DNA of 64,000 nucleotides from an uncultured bacterium (GTDB lineage Bacteria; Acidobacteriota; Thermoanaerobaculia; Multivoradales; JAHZIX01): NCBI GenBank assembly GCA_965368975.1, contig CBDUPA010000001.1, positions 160,001 to 224,000 of the forward strand, read 5' to 3'. Shown piece by piece: positions 55,139 to 64,000 of this stretch (position 1 is its first letter; each line of letters starts with the position of its first letter). The notes under the pieces were generated by a model. It saw only the letters and a program-made list of their open reading frames with translations, ran no database searches and was not told where the DNA came from. The position numbers and the translations under genes were made by a program.

Positions 55139-57465
55139 GCGCACCGAGGCGCTGGCTCGAACGGCTGGACCCACGCGGCCTGTGGGAGCCTTGGCTGCAG
55201 TCCTCCTGGCTGCGCCACTCGCGGCTGCGACGTTACGGCTATGTGCTTGCCTACGGCTTGCTGCTGGTCGTCATCGCCTTTACCGACTCGGCGCGTCACT
55301 GGCAGCTGCAGCTGCGGCCCGCCGCGGCCGCCGACCGGGCCCGCGAACTGGCCGTCGAGATGCTGCCGGAGGCGGCCGGGTGGCAAGCTTCGGTGCGTGA
55401 TCTGTCGCGCGACGCTGAGCTCGAGCACACCTTGATCGCCCTGGAACGGCGCGACGGTGAGCTCCCCGCCAGCCTCCGTGGCCGGTCACCGCTGCGCTTC
55501 GAAGTGGAACTGGACGAACCCGATGGCGCGGGTCGCCTGCGCTTCGTGCTCAGCGGCGATGGCCAGCCGCTGGCGATCGACCGCTTGCCGCGTGGTGCCT
55601 TCGAGGATTTGCCGGCGGAGCGTCTGCAGGCGCTGGCCAGGGCTTTCTTGGAGCGCGTCACCGACACTGCACCGGCGTGGCGGCCGGCTGCGCCGTCCGA
55701 GGACGAGAGTCCCGAGCCGGGGCGCTTCCGGTGGAGTCGTGATCTCGCGGCCGGGCTGGAGCAAGTCGCGACGGTCGAGGTGCGGCGCGGCCGAGTCGAT
55801 CGACTGCGCCTGGAACTCGAAGCGGCGGACGAGCTGCAGACCTCGCTGCCCGAGCTGGGGCACATCGACGGTGGCGTCGCGGCTGTGCTGACGGTCCTGG
55901 CCTTCGGCGTGCTGCTGTGGCAGGCCTTCAGGTACCGTTTGGCCTGGTTCGGCGCGCTGATCGTGGCGCTGTGGGTCGTCTTCACCGCGCTGCTGACGGG
56001 CCCCCTCGGTCCGATCCCCCTGGCCCAGCAGGTGGTCACCGTTTTCCTGGTGCTGGCCGCCGGCTACGTTCCCCTACGCAAGGTGTCGCCTGGCCGTGCC
56101 GAGAGCTTGGAACTGCTGCTGCGGGGCCGCCTGGTCGCGCGCAAGGTCGGTTCGGCTGTCTACGGGGGCTTGCGTTGGGGGGGCGTCTTCGGGCTGGCCG
56201 CCTACCTGCCGGCGGTGCTGGGCCTGCCGCTGCGACCGCTCGCGGCCGACGCCCTCGCCGTCGCTGATAGCGGGCTCGGCCCGATCCTCTTGCTGTTGCC
56301 GCGGCTGCCGCTCGGCTTGCTGGCCATCTTCGCCTTCCTGCTGCCCTGGCTCGAAGGCTGGCTGCCACGCTGGTTGTCGCAGCTCGTGGGGCTGAGTTTC
56401 GGTGGCGTCCTCCTAGCGCTCGAGCTAGGAGCGGAAGGCCCGGTCGGTGTGCAGTGGCTAGCCGGTCTACTGCTGGCGATCACCGCTCTGGTGCTGTACC
56501 AGCACCGAGACGTCCTCGCCGTGTTGGCTGCAGGTTTCGGAGCCTCCGTGGCGATCTGCGCCGGGGCGCTGCTGCTGCAGCCGGTGCGCCTGGTAGACGG
56601 CTTGCTGATGCTTGCCGGGTTGGTTGGTCTGGCGCAGCTGGCGCGTAGCGCGAAACGTCACGGCCGGCCCCTCAGCCTGGCACCGCGCCTGTTGACGCCG
56701 CAGCGGCGGCTGAGTGCCCAGCGTGATCTGCTGGAGCGCGAGCTGTCGCTGGCGCGCGAAGCACAGATGCACATGCTGCCGCCGGCGCCACCGTCGCTCA
56801 GTGGCTACAGCATCGCCGCGCTCTGCCGCCCCGCCCGCGATGTCGGCGGCGATCTCTATGACTTCGTGCCGGTTCCGGGCGGCCTCGGCCTGGCGGTCGG
56901 CGACGTCTCCGGCAAGGGCATGGTGGCGTCGCTCTACATGACCCTCACCAAAGGCTTGCTGCTCGCCGCCTCTGAACACTGCAGCAGCGTCGCCGAGGCC
57001 CTGTGCGAGATGCACCGGGGCATCCATGCGTCGGTCGATCGCAAGACCTTCGTTACCCTCTGGTACGGCTGGCTCGACCTCGAACGCCGTCAGCTGGAGT
57101 ACGCTCGAGCCGGCCACAACCCCGTGCTCTGGCGGCGCGTCAGCGAAGGCGCCACCGCCTCCCTGGCCGCTCCCGGCCTCGCCCTGGGCTCCACCAAGCC
57201 GCCGCTGTTCGAGCGCATCCTGCGTTCGGCGAAAGTCGAGCTGGACAGCGGCGACGCGCTCTTCCTCTACAGCGACGGCCTGCCCGAAGCGATGAACGAG
57301 GCGGGCGAGGAATACGGCGAAGAGCGCCTGGTTGGCGCGGTGGAACGCACGGACGGTCTCGATGCCGAGCAGGCGCTCAATGTGGTGATGGCCGACGTCG
57401 TTGCCTTCGCCGGCGACGCGGCGCAGCATGACGACATGACCCTGGTGGTGGTGCGGGTCGAGTAG
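55135..57465 (+). CDS. Polytopic membrane SpoIIE/PP2C phosphatase
   Basis: VGGDLYD, GDVSGKG, RAGHNP, YSDGL, DDMT; 4-bp overlap with upstream gene. Confidence 0.9.
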   Translation: MSAPRRWLERLDPRGLWEPWLQSSWLRHSRLRRYGYVLAYGLLLVVIAFTDSARHWQLQLRPAAAADRARELAVEMLPEAAGWQASVRDLSRDAELEHTLIALERRDGELPASLRGRSPLRFEVELDEPDGAGRLRFVLSGDGQPLAIDRLPRGAFEDLPAERLQALARAFLERVTDTAPAWRPAAPSEDESPEPGRFRWSRDLAAGLEQVATVEVRRGRVDRLRLELEAADELQTSLPELGHIDGGVAAVLTVLAFGVLLWQAFRYRLAWFGALIVALWVVFTALLTGPLGPIPLAQQVVTVFLVLAAGYVPLRKVSPGRAESLELLLRGRLVARKVGSAVYGGLRWGGVFGLAAYLPAVLGLPLRPLAADALAVADSGLGPILLLLPRLPLGLLAIFAFLLPWLEGWLPRWLSQLVGLSFGGVLLALELGAEGPVGVQWLAGLLLAITALVLYQHRDVLAVLAAGFGASVAICAGALLLQPVRLVDGLLMLAGLVGLAQLARSAKRHGRPLSLAPRLLTPQRRLSAQRDLLERELSLAREAQMHMLPPAPPSLSGYSIAALCRPARDVGGDLYDFVPVPGGLGLAVGDVSGKGMVASLYMTLTKGLLLAASEHCSSVAEALCEMHRGIHASVDRKTFVTLWYGWLDLERRQLEYARAGHNPVLWRRVSEGATASLAAPGLALGSTKPPLFERILRSAKVELDSGDALFLYSDGLPEAMNEAGEEYGEERLVGAVERTDGLDAEQALNVVMADVVAFAGDAAQHDDMTLVVVRVE

Positions 57466-57540
57466 CGCCGTCGAGTAGCGCCGTCGAGTAGCGCCGTCGA
57501 GTAGGGCTGTCGAGTAGCACCGTCGAGTAGGGTTGTCGAG
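57457..57540 (+). repeat. 13-bp tandem repeat, ~6.5 copies, starting in the stop region of the PP2C gene
   Basis: GTCGAGTAGCGCC x3, then variants ending GGCT, CACC, GGTT. Confidence 0.93.
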
Positions 57541-57545
57541 GTCCG

Positions 57546-58484
57546 CTACAGACCCAGCGCCACGAAGTCGTCCAGATCGACACTGCCGGTGATCGGGAGC
57601 CCTTGCGCCTGCTGGAAGACCTCCACCGCCGCCGCCGAACCACGGCCGTAGAGGCCGTCCGCTACCAAGTCGTGCCCCTGGGCCGACAGGCAGAACTGCA
57701 CCCAGCGCACGTCCAGCCCCTTCATCAGGGGTGAGGTGACCCGCAACTCGCGCGAGCGGGGGAGTGGGCTGTCGTAGACGTGTGGTGGCGGCGCGTGCAA
57801 TGTCTCCAGGTTGATCTCGTGACGACGCACGACGAGCGGCAACTCCAGCGTCCAGGCATCGTGCTCGATCAGGCCATGGAACGTCTCCATGCGGTACACA
57901 GTCTTGCGCAGCAGCGTGTTGCGATGGTTGGCCAGCCACTCGTGCCGCGTCTCGACATACTTGGCAATCCAAGCTTGTTCCCCAGCCGCCTCCGGCGTCC
58001 CGATGGCGTCCAGCACGCGGCGCCGCATGCGGGTCCACGACCCGTGGATGATGCTGTCGTAGACGACCGCCACGCTCAGCGGCTGGCACAGCTTGTCGCG
58101 CTTGGCGATGCGTTCGGCGCTGGCCCAGTACTCCGTGTCGAAGAACTCGTCCTGCGTGTCGCGCATCACTGGATCGTCGGCACTGGCGCGCAGCAAGTTG
58201 TGGAAATGTCCGTCCTCGTTGAGCGCCGGGTCCTTCGCCTCGAGCGCGTCGAGATATGGTTCCAGCCGCGCCGCCAGGCGTGCCCCCGGACGTCGGCAGT
58301 AGGCGTCGATCAGCTTGAACAGATTCCCAGAGCCGAGCGTCGTCTGGGAATGGCCATAGGTCAACTGCCCCGAGTCGCCCGGCAGCAGCGTGACCTTGCT
58401 GTAATCACCCTGCACGGAACTGGTCTCGAAAATACTGACGATCGCCTTGGCGGTGCGCTTCTGGGTATCGGTGAGCAGATTCAT
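57546..58484 (-). CDS. GH46/chitosanase-like lysozyme-fold domain + peptidoglycan-binding domain
   Basis: IFET..GD.GQLTYG..YDSIIHG; C-terminal G.DVRWVQ..ADGLYG..AVEVFQQAQGLPITG. Confidence 0.82.
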   Translation of the reverse strand: MNLLTDTQKRTAKAIVSIFETSSVQGDYSKVTLLPGDSGQLTYGHSQTTLGSGNLFKLIDAYCRRPGARLAARLEPYLDALEAKDPALNEDGHFHNLLRASADDPVMRDTQDEFFDTEYWASAERIAKRDKLCQPLSVAVVYDSIIHGSWTRMRRRVLDAIGTPEAAGEQAWIAKYVETRHEWLANHRNTLLRKTVYRMETFHGLIEHDAWTLELPLVVRRHEINLETLHAPPPHVYDSPLPRSRELRVTSPLMKGLDVRWVQFCLSAQGHDLVADGLYGRGSAAAVEVFQQAQGLPITGSVDLDDFVALGL

Positions 58485-58588
58485 CGGGGCCTCCGGGGTC
58501 GGGGCGGAAACTGGATGGTTGCAGAGACCGGAGTCTATCGTACGGTCTCAGGGCTCAAATGGGAGCTTGGCATCGACGGATGTGCTGC

Positions 58589-58623
58589 GATCACAATGAT
58601 CTGGTGGTACTTCATTATGATCG
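58589..58623. promoter_or_regulatory. Two TCA-N3-TGAT palindromic sites 21 bp apart, putative enhancer (UAS)
   Basis: GATCACAATGATC and TTCATTATGATC upstream of a -24/-12 site. Confidence 0.55.
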
Positions 58624-58686
58624 ACGCGACGGGGAGCCTTCGGAGGATCTATCGAGGCAGGTCCCGGAAAGCATGGGATTCTCGAG

Positions 58687-58702
58687 CGGCATGATAATTG
58701 CT
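58687..58702 (+). promoter_or_regulatory. Sigma54 (-24/-12) promoter
   Basis: CGGCATGATAATTGCT: GG-N10-GC with TTGCT, ~90 bp before ATG 58790. Confidence 0.72.
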
Positions 58703-58789
58703 TCTCACAAGAGTAGAGCTAGGCCCCCGAGGGCCCTTGTTGCGCTCGATTCGGAGCTGCAACTCTACGCTCGAGATGCGGAGATAGAC

Positions 58790-59128
58790 ATGCAAAGTGA
58801 GACGAGAGTCACCGAGGCCAGTCAGCAGTATGCGGCAGCCTATGCGGCACACTACCAGGCAGGCGACTTACGTGGGGCCATCTGTTCCTACGAGGAGATC
58901 CTGGTCACACAGCCCGGCACACAGGAAGCCGCCTACTCGAGAACGCAGTTGCTGAACATTGTGCGTCAAGTTGTTCCTGTAGAGGATCTGCTCTGCGCAC
59001 AGATCGACCTGGCCAGGGCCAGGCTCGGGGAAGCAGCTGCTCGCAACAACGGCTCGCACTCGTGGTCGGCCGGAACCACCCTGCTGCAAAGACCTGCGGC
59101 CCTGGCGGCCGAGGGAGCCACATCTTGA
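58790..59128 (+). CDS. Small TPR-like hypothetical protein
   Basis: GGAGA RBS; QYAAAYAAHY..AICSYEEIL...PGTQEAAYS helical pattern. Confidence 0.7.
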   Translation: MQSETRVTEASQQYAAAYAAHYQAGDLRGAICSYEEILVTQPGTQEAAYSRTQLLNIVRQVVPVEDLLCAQIDLARARLGEAAARNNGSHSWSAGTTLLQRPAALAAEGATS

Positions 59129-60060
59129 GAGTGTCGAAGTTTCTGCTGCTTCTCGGATGTGTCTCAGCTCTGGCGTCGGCAGCCGTGCCTCTTCGCGCCG
59201 CGGTGACTGAGCCGCCAAGCAACGCCCATGTCCGGGCTTTCGGGAGTCCAGGGTGGGATTGCGACTGGGGTTTCCGCCGTCTCGACGAGTCCTGCGTCGC
59301 TGTCGAGCTGCCAGCGAATGCTCACATCAATTCCTCGGGCAACGGGTGGAACTGCCCTCGAGGCTTCCGCCGGCTCGACGGCTCGTGCGCCATCGTCGAG
59401 GTTCCAGACAACGCATACTTGACTTCCGCCGGGCGCCGGTGGACGTGTTCCCGCGGCTTTGTGAAGGAGGGCGAGACGTGTAAAGCGATTCAGGTACCGG
59501 CGCATGCTTTCCTGACCGATTCATACGGTGCTGGCTGGCAGTGCTCCCGTGGCTACCGGAACGTGGAAGAGAGCTGCGAGGCCGTTGCTGTTCCGGTGAA
59601 TGGGTATCTCACCTCGAGAGGCAATGCCTGGCACTGCCACCGAGGCTTTCGCAAGGCAGAGGATGCTTGCATCGCGGTGGCGGTGCCTGCCCACGGCTAC
59701 CTCAACGCTGCCGGAAACGACTGGTATTGCGAGCGAGGCTATCTCCAGGACGCCACGTCCTGTCAACGCATCGAGCTTCCGGCGCAGGCTCATCTCTCTC
59801 ACTCGGGCACGGATTGGGAGTGTGACCGCGGGTTCGTCGAGGATGGTGGCCAATGCACTGCGGTTCCGGTTCCTGAGTATGGTTTCCTCACGGACTCGGG
59901 AGACGGCTGGGAGTGTGATCGGCAACGCCGTAAGGATGGAGACCGGTGTTCGGCTTTCCTCGTACCGCGCAACGCCCACCTCAACTACTCGGGGGATGAC
60001 TGGACCTGCAATACTGGATATCAGCGCAGGGGGCAGCTGTGTACGCAGAGCCAGCGATGA
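59125..60060 (+). CDS. Secreted Cys-rich protein built of nine ~31-aa repeats
   Basis: Signal peptide; nine W-x-C-x2-G(F/Y)-x6-C units; TTG start overlaps upstream TGA. Confidence 0.85.
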   Translation: MRVSKFLLLLGCVSALASAAVPLRAAVTEPPSNAHVRAFGSPGWDCDWGFRRLDESCVAVELPANAHINSSGNGWNCPRGFRRLDGSCAIVEVPDNAYLTSAGRRWTCSRGFVKEGETCKAIQVPAHAFLTDSYGAGWQCSRGYRNVEESCEAVAVPVNGYLTSRGNAWHCHRGFRKAEDACIAVAVPAHGYLNAAGNDWYCERGYLQDATSCQRIELPAQAHLSHSGTDWECDRGFVEDGGQCTAVPVPEYGFLTDSGDGWECDRQRRKDGDRCSAFLVPRNAHLNYSGDDWTCNTGYQRRGQLCTQSQR

Positions 60061-61253
60061 ACCTTGAAGCTGCAGGTGTTTCCGGTGTCCGGCCCGAGGC
60101 TGGCGACGCCTTCTTGCCAGAGGCGCAGAACCGGCAGTGTCGAACCGCGACCGCAGTGGTCTATTGCGAGGCCAACTTCGGGGCGATCGATGGCAAGACC
60201 GCCAACGGACTGGTGCGCCATTCGGAGAAGTACGAGATCCTCTCCGTGATCGACAGCGAGAAGCACGGGCTCGACGCCGGCTCCGTGCTGGACGGAGTGG
60301 CCAATGCCATCCCAATCTGCCGCAACCTGGAGGATGCGCTGGCACAGGCCGAGTCGGTGCCCGACTACTTTATCTTCGGGATGGCACCGTCCAGTGGCTG
60401 CTTGTCCTCCACCGAGCGAGGCTTGGTGCTCGAGGCCATGAACCTGGGAATGGGTGTGGTCAATGGCATGCACGAGTTCTTGAACGACGATCCCGAATTT
60501 GCCGCCTTGAGCGCGGCGAGAAATGTGAAGATCATCGATGTCCGAAGGCCCCGTTCTAGGGCTTCGCTGCGGACGTTCAGTGGTCGCATCGCGACGGTGA
60601 CATGCCCGAGGATCGCTGTCCTGGGAACGGATTGTGCGATCGGCAAGCGGACGACCGCCACGATTCTGACGCGCGGGCTCGTCGACCACGGGTTGAAGGC
60701 GGTCATGATCAGTACTGGACAGACGGGCCTGATGCAGGGGACGCGCTATGGAGTCGCGCTCGATGCCGTGCCGTCTCAGTTCTGTGCCGGTGAACTGGAA
60801 GCTACGGTCATCGAGGCTTTCGAGCAGGAGCATCCGGACGTGATCATCATCGAGGGGCAGGGAGCTCTGAGTCACCCGGCCTATTCCACCTCGAGTTTCG
60901 TCTTGCGAGGCAGCTGTCCCGATGGCGTCGTGCTGCAGCACGCCCCGGGGCGGCGCACGCGTTGCGACTTCAGCCAGATGGCCATGCCGACACCCGCCAG
61001 GGAGATTCACCTCATCGAGACGTTTGCCGACACCAAGGTCATCGGTCTTGCGATCAATCATGAGGCGATGACGGAGCCGGAGGTGGAAGCGGCGATCGAG
61101 CACTTCCAGCGCGAACTCGGCATCCCCACCACCGACGCGCTGACGCAGCCGACGGCACGCTTGCTGGAGATGGTGTTCCAGGCGTTTCCCCACCTGGCAC
61201 AGCCTTGGCCCACCGTTCCGGAGTTTCCGCAGAGGTTGATCGCAAGCGCCTGA
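60057..61253 (+). CDS. DUF1611-family P-loop protein (DgcN-like)
   Basis: GKTANGLVR, GTDCAIGKRTT, TGQTG, IEGQGALSHP. Confidence 0.9.
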   Translation: MNLEAAGVSGVRPEAGDAFLPEAQNRQCRTATAVVYCEANFGAIDGKTANGLVRHSEKYEILSVIDSEKHGLDAGSVLDGVANAIPICRNLEDALAQAESVPDYFIFGMAPSSGCLSSTERGLVLEAMNLGMGVVNGMHEFLNDDPEFAALSAARNVKIIDVRRPRSRASLRTFSGRIATVTCPRIAVLGTDCAIGKRTTATILTRGLVDHGLKAVMISTGQTGLMQGTRYGVALDAVPSQFCAGELEATVIEAFEQEHPDVIIIEGQGALSHPAYSTSSFVLRGSCPDGVVLQHAPGRRTRCDFSQMAMPTPAREIHLIETFADTKVIGLAINHEAMTEPEVEAAIEHFQRELGIPTTDALTQPTARLLEMVFQAFPHLAQPWPTVPEFPQRLIASA

Positions 61254-62404
61254 TGACCGCGCCGCGTTTGGAGATCGACCTCGACAAGATTCACCACAAC
61301 GCCTGCACCTTGGTCGAGCGGCTGGCAGGCCGCGGCATCTCGGTGACAGGTGTGACCAAGGCGACGCTCGGTTCGACAGCGATCGCACGCGTGTTGCTCA
61401 GTGCGGGGGTGCACGCGCTCGGCGACTCTCGGATCGAGAACATCGAGACGATGCGGCGTGCTGGTGTGCGAGCGTCCTTCTGGCTGCTGCGTTCGCCGAT
61501 GATCAGTCAGGTGGCGCGAGTCGTGGCGCACGCGGACGCGAGTTACAACACGGAGCCCGGCGTGATCGGTGAGCTGTCCTCGGCCGCGCTGGAGCAGGGC
61601 TCGAAGAAGAGGCATGGAATTGTGCTCATGGTCGAGCTCGGAGACCTGCGAGAGGGAATCCTCCCTGGAGACCTGATGGACGTCGTGAGGCAGACGCTGC
61701 GCTTGCCCGGGGTCGCCCTCCTCGGCATCGGCACCAACCTCGCCTGTCGCAGCGGTGTCTCTCCCGATGCCAGGAACATGTCCGAGCTGTGCGCCTTGGC
61801 TGACTCCATCGAGACAACTTTCGGACTGACGCTGGCGATCGTGTCGGGCGGGAATTCGGCCAACCTCTCCTGGGCCCTGCGGTCCGCCGATAACGGGCGG
61901 ATCAATGACCTGCGCTTGGGAGAAGCGATCCTGCTCGGTCGTGAACCGTTGCACCGGCAGCCGATCGATGGGCTGCACACCGACGCCTTCCGGCTCGTGG
62001 CAGAGGTGATCGAGTCGAAGGTCAAGCCGTCGCTGCCCTGGGGGGTGATCGCGGAGTCTGCCTTTGGGAGGCCGCCGGTCCACAGGAACAAGGGCTCCCT
62101 GCCGCAGGCGATCCTCGGCCTCGGGCGCCAGGATATCGACCCGGACGGACTCGGTCCGAGTCCCGGGCTGGAGGTTCTAGGGGCCAGCAGCGACCATCTG
62201 ATCCTTGGCTCCGGGCACCGCTGTCTGCCGGTGGGCAGCGAAGTCTCGTTCTCGGTCAACTACAGCGCGCTGGTTCGCTCCATGACCTCGCCCTATGTCG
62301 CCAAGCTCGTCAAAGGTGGCCGGCGACAGGCTCGCGACGTGGCCCATAGTGCCGTCGACGGCAGCGAAGCCCTAGGCCGGATCCCGGTTGCCGCTGCTGT
62401 CTGA
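61253..62404 (+). CDS. Alanine/ornithine racemase-family PLP enzyme
   Basis: GVTKA, DSRIEN, GDLREG, GTNLAC, SGGNS, LRLGE, GASSDH. Confidence 0.9.
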   Translation: MTAPRLEIDLDKIHHNACTLVERLAGRGISVTGVTKATLGSTAIARVLLSAGVHALGDSRIENIETMRRAGVRASFWLLRSPMISQVARVVAHADASYNTEPGVIGELSSAALEQGSKKRHGIVLMVELGDLREGILPGDLMDVVRQTLRLPGVALLGIGTNLACRSGVSPDARNMSELCALADSIETTFGLTLAIVSGGNSANLSWALRSADNGRINDLRLGEAILLGREPLHRQPIDGLHTDAFRLVAEVIESKVKPSLPWGVIAESAFGRPPVHRNKGSLPQAILGLGRQDIDPDGLGPSPGLEVLGASSDHLILGSGHRCLPVGSEVSFSVNYSALVRSMTSPYVAKLVKGGRRQARDVAHSAVDGSEALGRIPVAAAV

Positions 62405-64000
62405 TCGATACTTCTTGAGCTTGCGGTAGAGAGTCGCCGAGCCGATGCGCAACTGCTTGGCGGTTTGCGCCTGATTGCCGTCGTTGCGTTCCAGCACGGC
62501 GAGAATGTACTCTCGCTCGACGTCGCACAGTGGCCGCACCTCGCCTGTTTCGGTCAACGGCTTGGGAGCAGCGAGACGAACTTCCTCGGGCAGGTCGTCG
62601 AGGTCCACGCGAGTGCCGAGTCCGAGCGCAACGGCTCGCTCCATGGCGTTCTCCAGCTCTCGGACATTGCCTGGCCAGTCATAGCGCAGGAGCTGATCCG
62701 CGGCGCGCGGAGTGAGTCCTGAGATCTTGCGCGACATCCGGAAGACTGCATCCGCGAGCAGCAGGCGGGCGAGTGGAAGGATGTCGTCAGGGCGCTCGCG
62801 CAGCGGCGGAACGTGCAACTCGACGACCTTGATGCGGTAGTAGAGATCGCGGCGGAAGGCGCCGGACGCGACATCCTCGGCGAGCTCTCGATTGGTTGCG
62901 GCCAGGACTCTCACGTTGACCGGGCGGCTCGTGTTCTCTCCGACTCGCCGGACCTCCTTCTCCTGCAGGACCCGCAGCAGCTTCACCTGCATGGCTGGGG
63001 ACACGTCACCGATCTCGTCCAGCAGCAAGGTGCCGCGGTTGGCGGCTTCGAACAAGCCGGGGCGGTCCGCCGCCGCGCCCGTGAAGGCGCCGCGGGCATG
63101 GCCGAAGAGTTCGCTTTCGAGGAGTGTCTCGGTGATGGCGCCGCAGTTCACGGCGATGAAGGGGCCGGTCGCGCGCGTCGATTCATCGTGCACGAGCCGG
63201 GCGATCTGCTCCTTGCCAACTCCGCTTTCGCCGGTGATCAGTACGGTGGAGTCGACCTTGGCGACGCGCCGAGCGAGCTCGATCACCCGTTTCATGTTCG
63301 GACTCTTGGCGACGACCCCCAACTCCTCGTCCACATCATCCACGACCCGAACCAGCGCCCGACGGTGTGCGCGCAGCTTTGCTTCCGCCAGCTTCAAGGT
63401 GTCCGTGACCCGGCCGAGGGAGATGTCGAGACTCTGCCTGAGGCCGCCTGGATCAAAGAACGCCAGATCCCCGGCGCGATCTTCGCCCCAGTCTCCGCGT
63501 GTGCGTCCCTGCAGGTGGCACGCCGCATGGCCGGCTCCCAGGCAGCGGTCCTCGAGAACGTAGATCTCTCTGCCGGCCGTATGGCTGACGTACCCGCTCA
63601 TCAAGCCGCAGATGGTCCAGCACACGCCAGATTCGGCGCGCCCGAAATGGAGAAGGTGTTGCTCTGCCTCGTAGGAGGCGAGGAGGTTCGATCCCTGGGG
63701 GGTGAGAAGATCCTCGCTCCCTGGCTCAGTACGGAACAGACCTTGCAACGTGTAGATGTGGGGGCCGGCCCGGCGCCATTCTTCGTTGTCCGCCCAGTCG
63801 AACTCTTTCTGCATCGTGGCGGCCAGACGCCAGCCGTGAGCAAAGCCGAACTGGGTGAGCACGGCACGGGCCGCCGCCAGGCCGAAGTTCTCCACAAGAT
63901 ACTGTCGCAACAACCCCATCGCCACTGCATCGAGGAGAAGCACGCGCTGCCCGGCGAAGCGGATTACCCCTCCGTCGGGATCCAGTTCGAGCAGTTCCTC
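62372..64000 (-). CDS. Sigma54-dependent activator with XylR_N/V4R sensor, 5'-truncated by window
   Basis: GESGVGKE, ESELFGH, GAFTGA, WPGNVREL, Fis HTH; V4R EDRC..C; frame open to the window edge. Confidence 0.95.
   Translation of the reverse strand, partial: EELLELDPDGGVIRFAGQRVLLLDAVAMGLLRQYLVENFGLAAARAVLTQFGFAHGWRLAATMQKEFDWADNEEWRRAGPHIYTLQGLFRTEPGSEDLLTPQGSNLLASYEAEQHLLHFGRAESGVCWTICGLMSGYVSHTAGREIYVLEDRCLGAGHAACHLQGRTRGDWGEDRAGDLAFFDPGGLRQSLDISLGRVTDTLKLAEAKLRAHRRALVRVVDDVDEELGVVAKSPNMKRVIELARRVAKVDSTVLITGESGVGKEQIARLVHDESTRATGPFIAVNCGAITETLLESELFGHARGAFTGAAADRPGLFEAANRGTLLLDEIGDVSPAMQVKLLRVLQEKEVRRVGENTSRPVNVRVLAATNRELAEDVASGAFRRDLYYRIKVVELHVPPLRERPDDILPLARLLLADAVFRMSRKISGLTPRAADQLLRYDWPGNVRELENAMERAVALGLGTRVDLDDLPEEVRLAAPKPLTETGEVRPLCDVEREYILAVLERNDGNQAQTAKQLRIGSATLYRKLKKYRSDSSGNRDPA

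Noticed and set aside
57457-57540. Possible CRISPR array
   Set aside because: 13-bp head-to-tail units with no spacers and no cas genes.

Overview
High-GC bacterial chromosome segment. The gene repertoire (duplicated orphan ABC permease, wHTH-TolB-like regulator, large NRPS) suggests Acidobacteriota/Thermoanaerobaculia; this is inference only. In order it holds: the 3' end of an NRPS (two Val-type modules, no TE); two tandem secreted lysyl-endopeptidase-like proteases with cystine-knot-like tails; a Cys-tailed MarR locus; a HerA-like ATPase; VapBC; a sulfur operon (sqr, tusE/dsrC-like, dsrE-like, fadL-like, tri-heme cytochrome c); nifJ plus a DHOD-like gene; a DinB+Mla/MCE operon; an aromatic amino-acid decarboxylase; a nucleotidyltransferase TA-like pair; an unannotated 57-aa double-glycine-leader peptide whose core resembles the C-terminal helix of T3SS needle proteins; two TAP-like peptidases; a LodA/GoxA remnant; an RsbV/W/U partner-switching cluster with a probable pseudo-phosphatase; a GH46-like PG-binding hydrolase; and a sigma54-type operon (Cys-rich repeat protein, DUF1611, racemase) converging on an XylR/V4R activator. 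No rRNA, tRNA, CRISPR array or transposase was seen. All calls come from motif recognition by eye; no searches were run. Several start codons were moved from the ORF track using RBS or -10 evidence.
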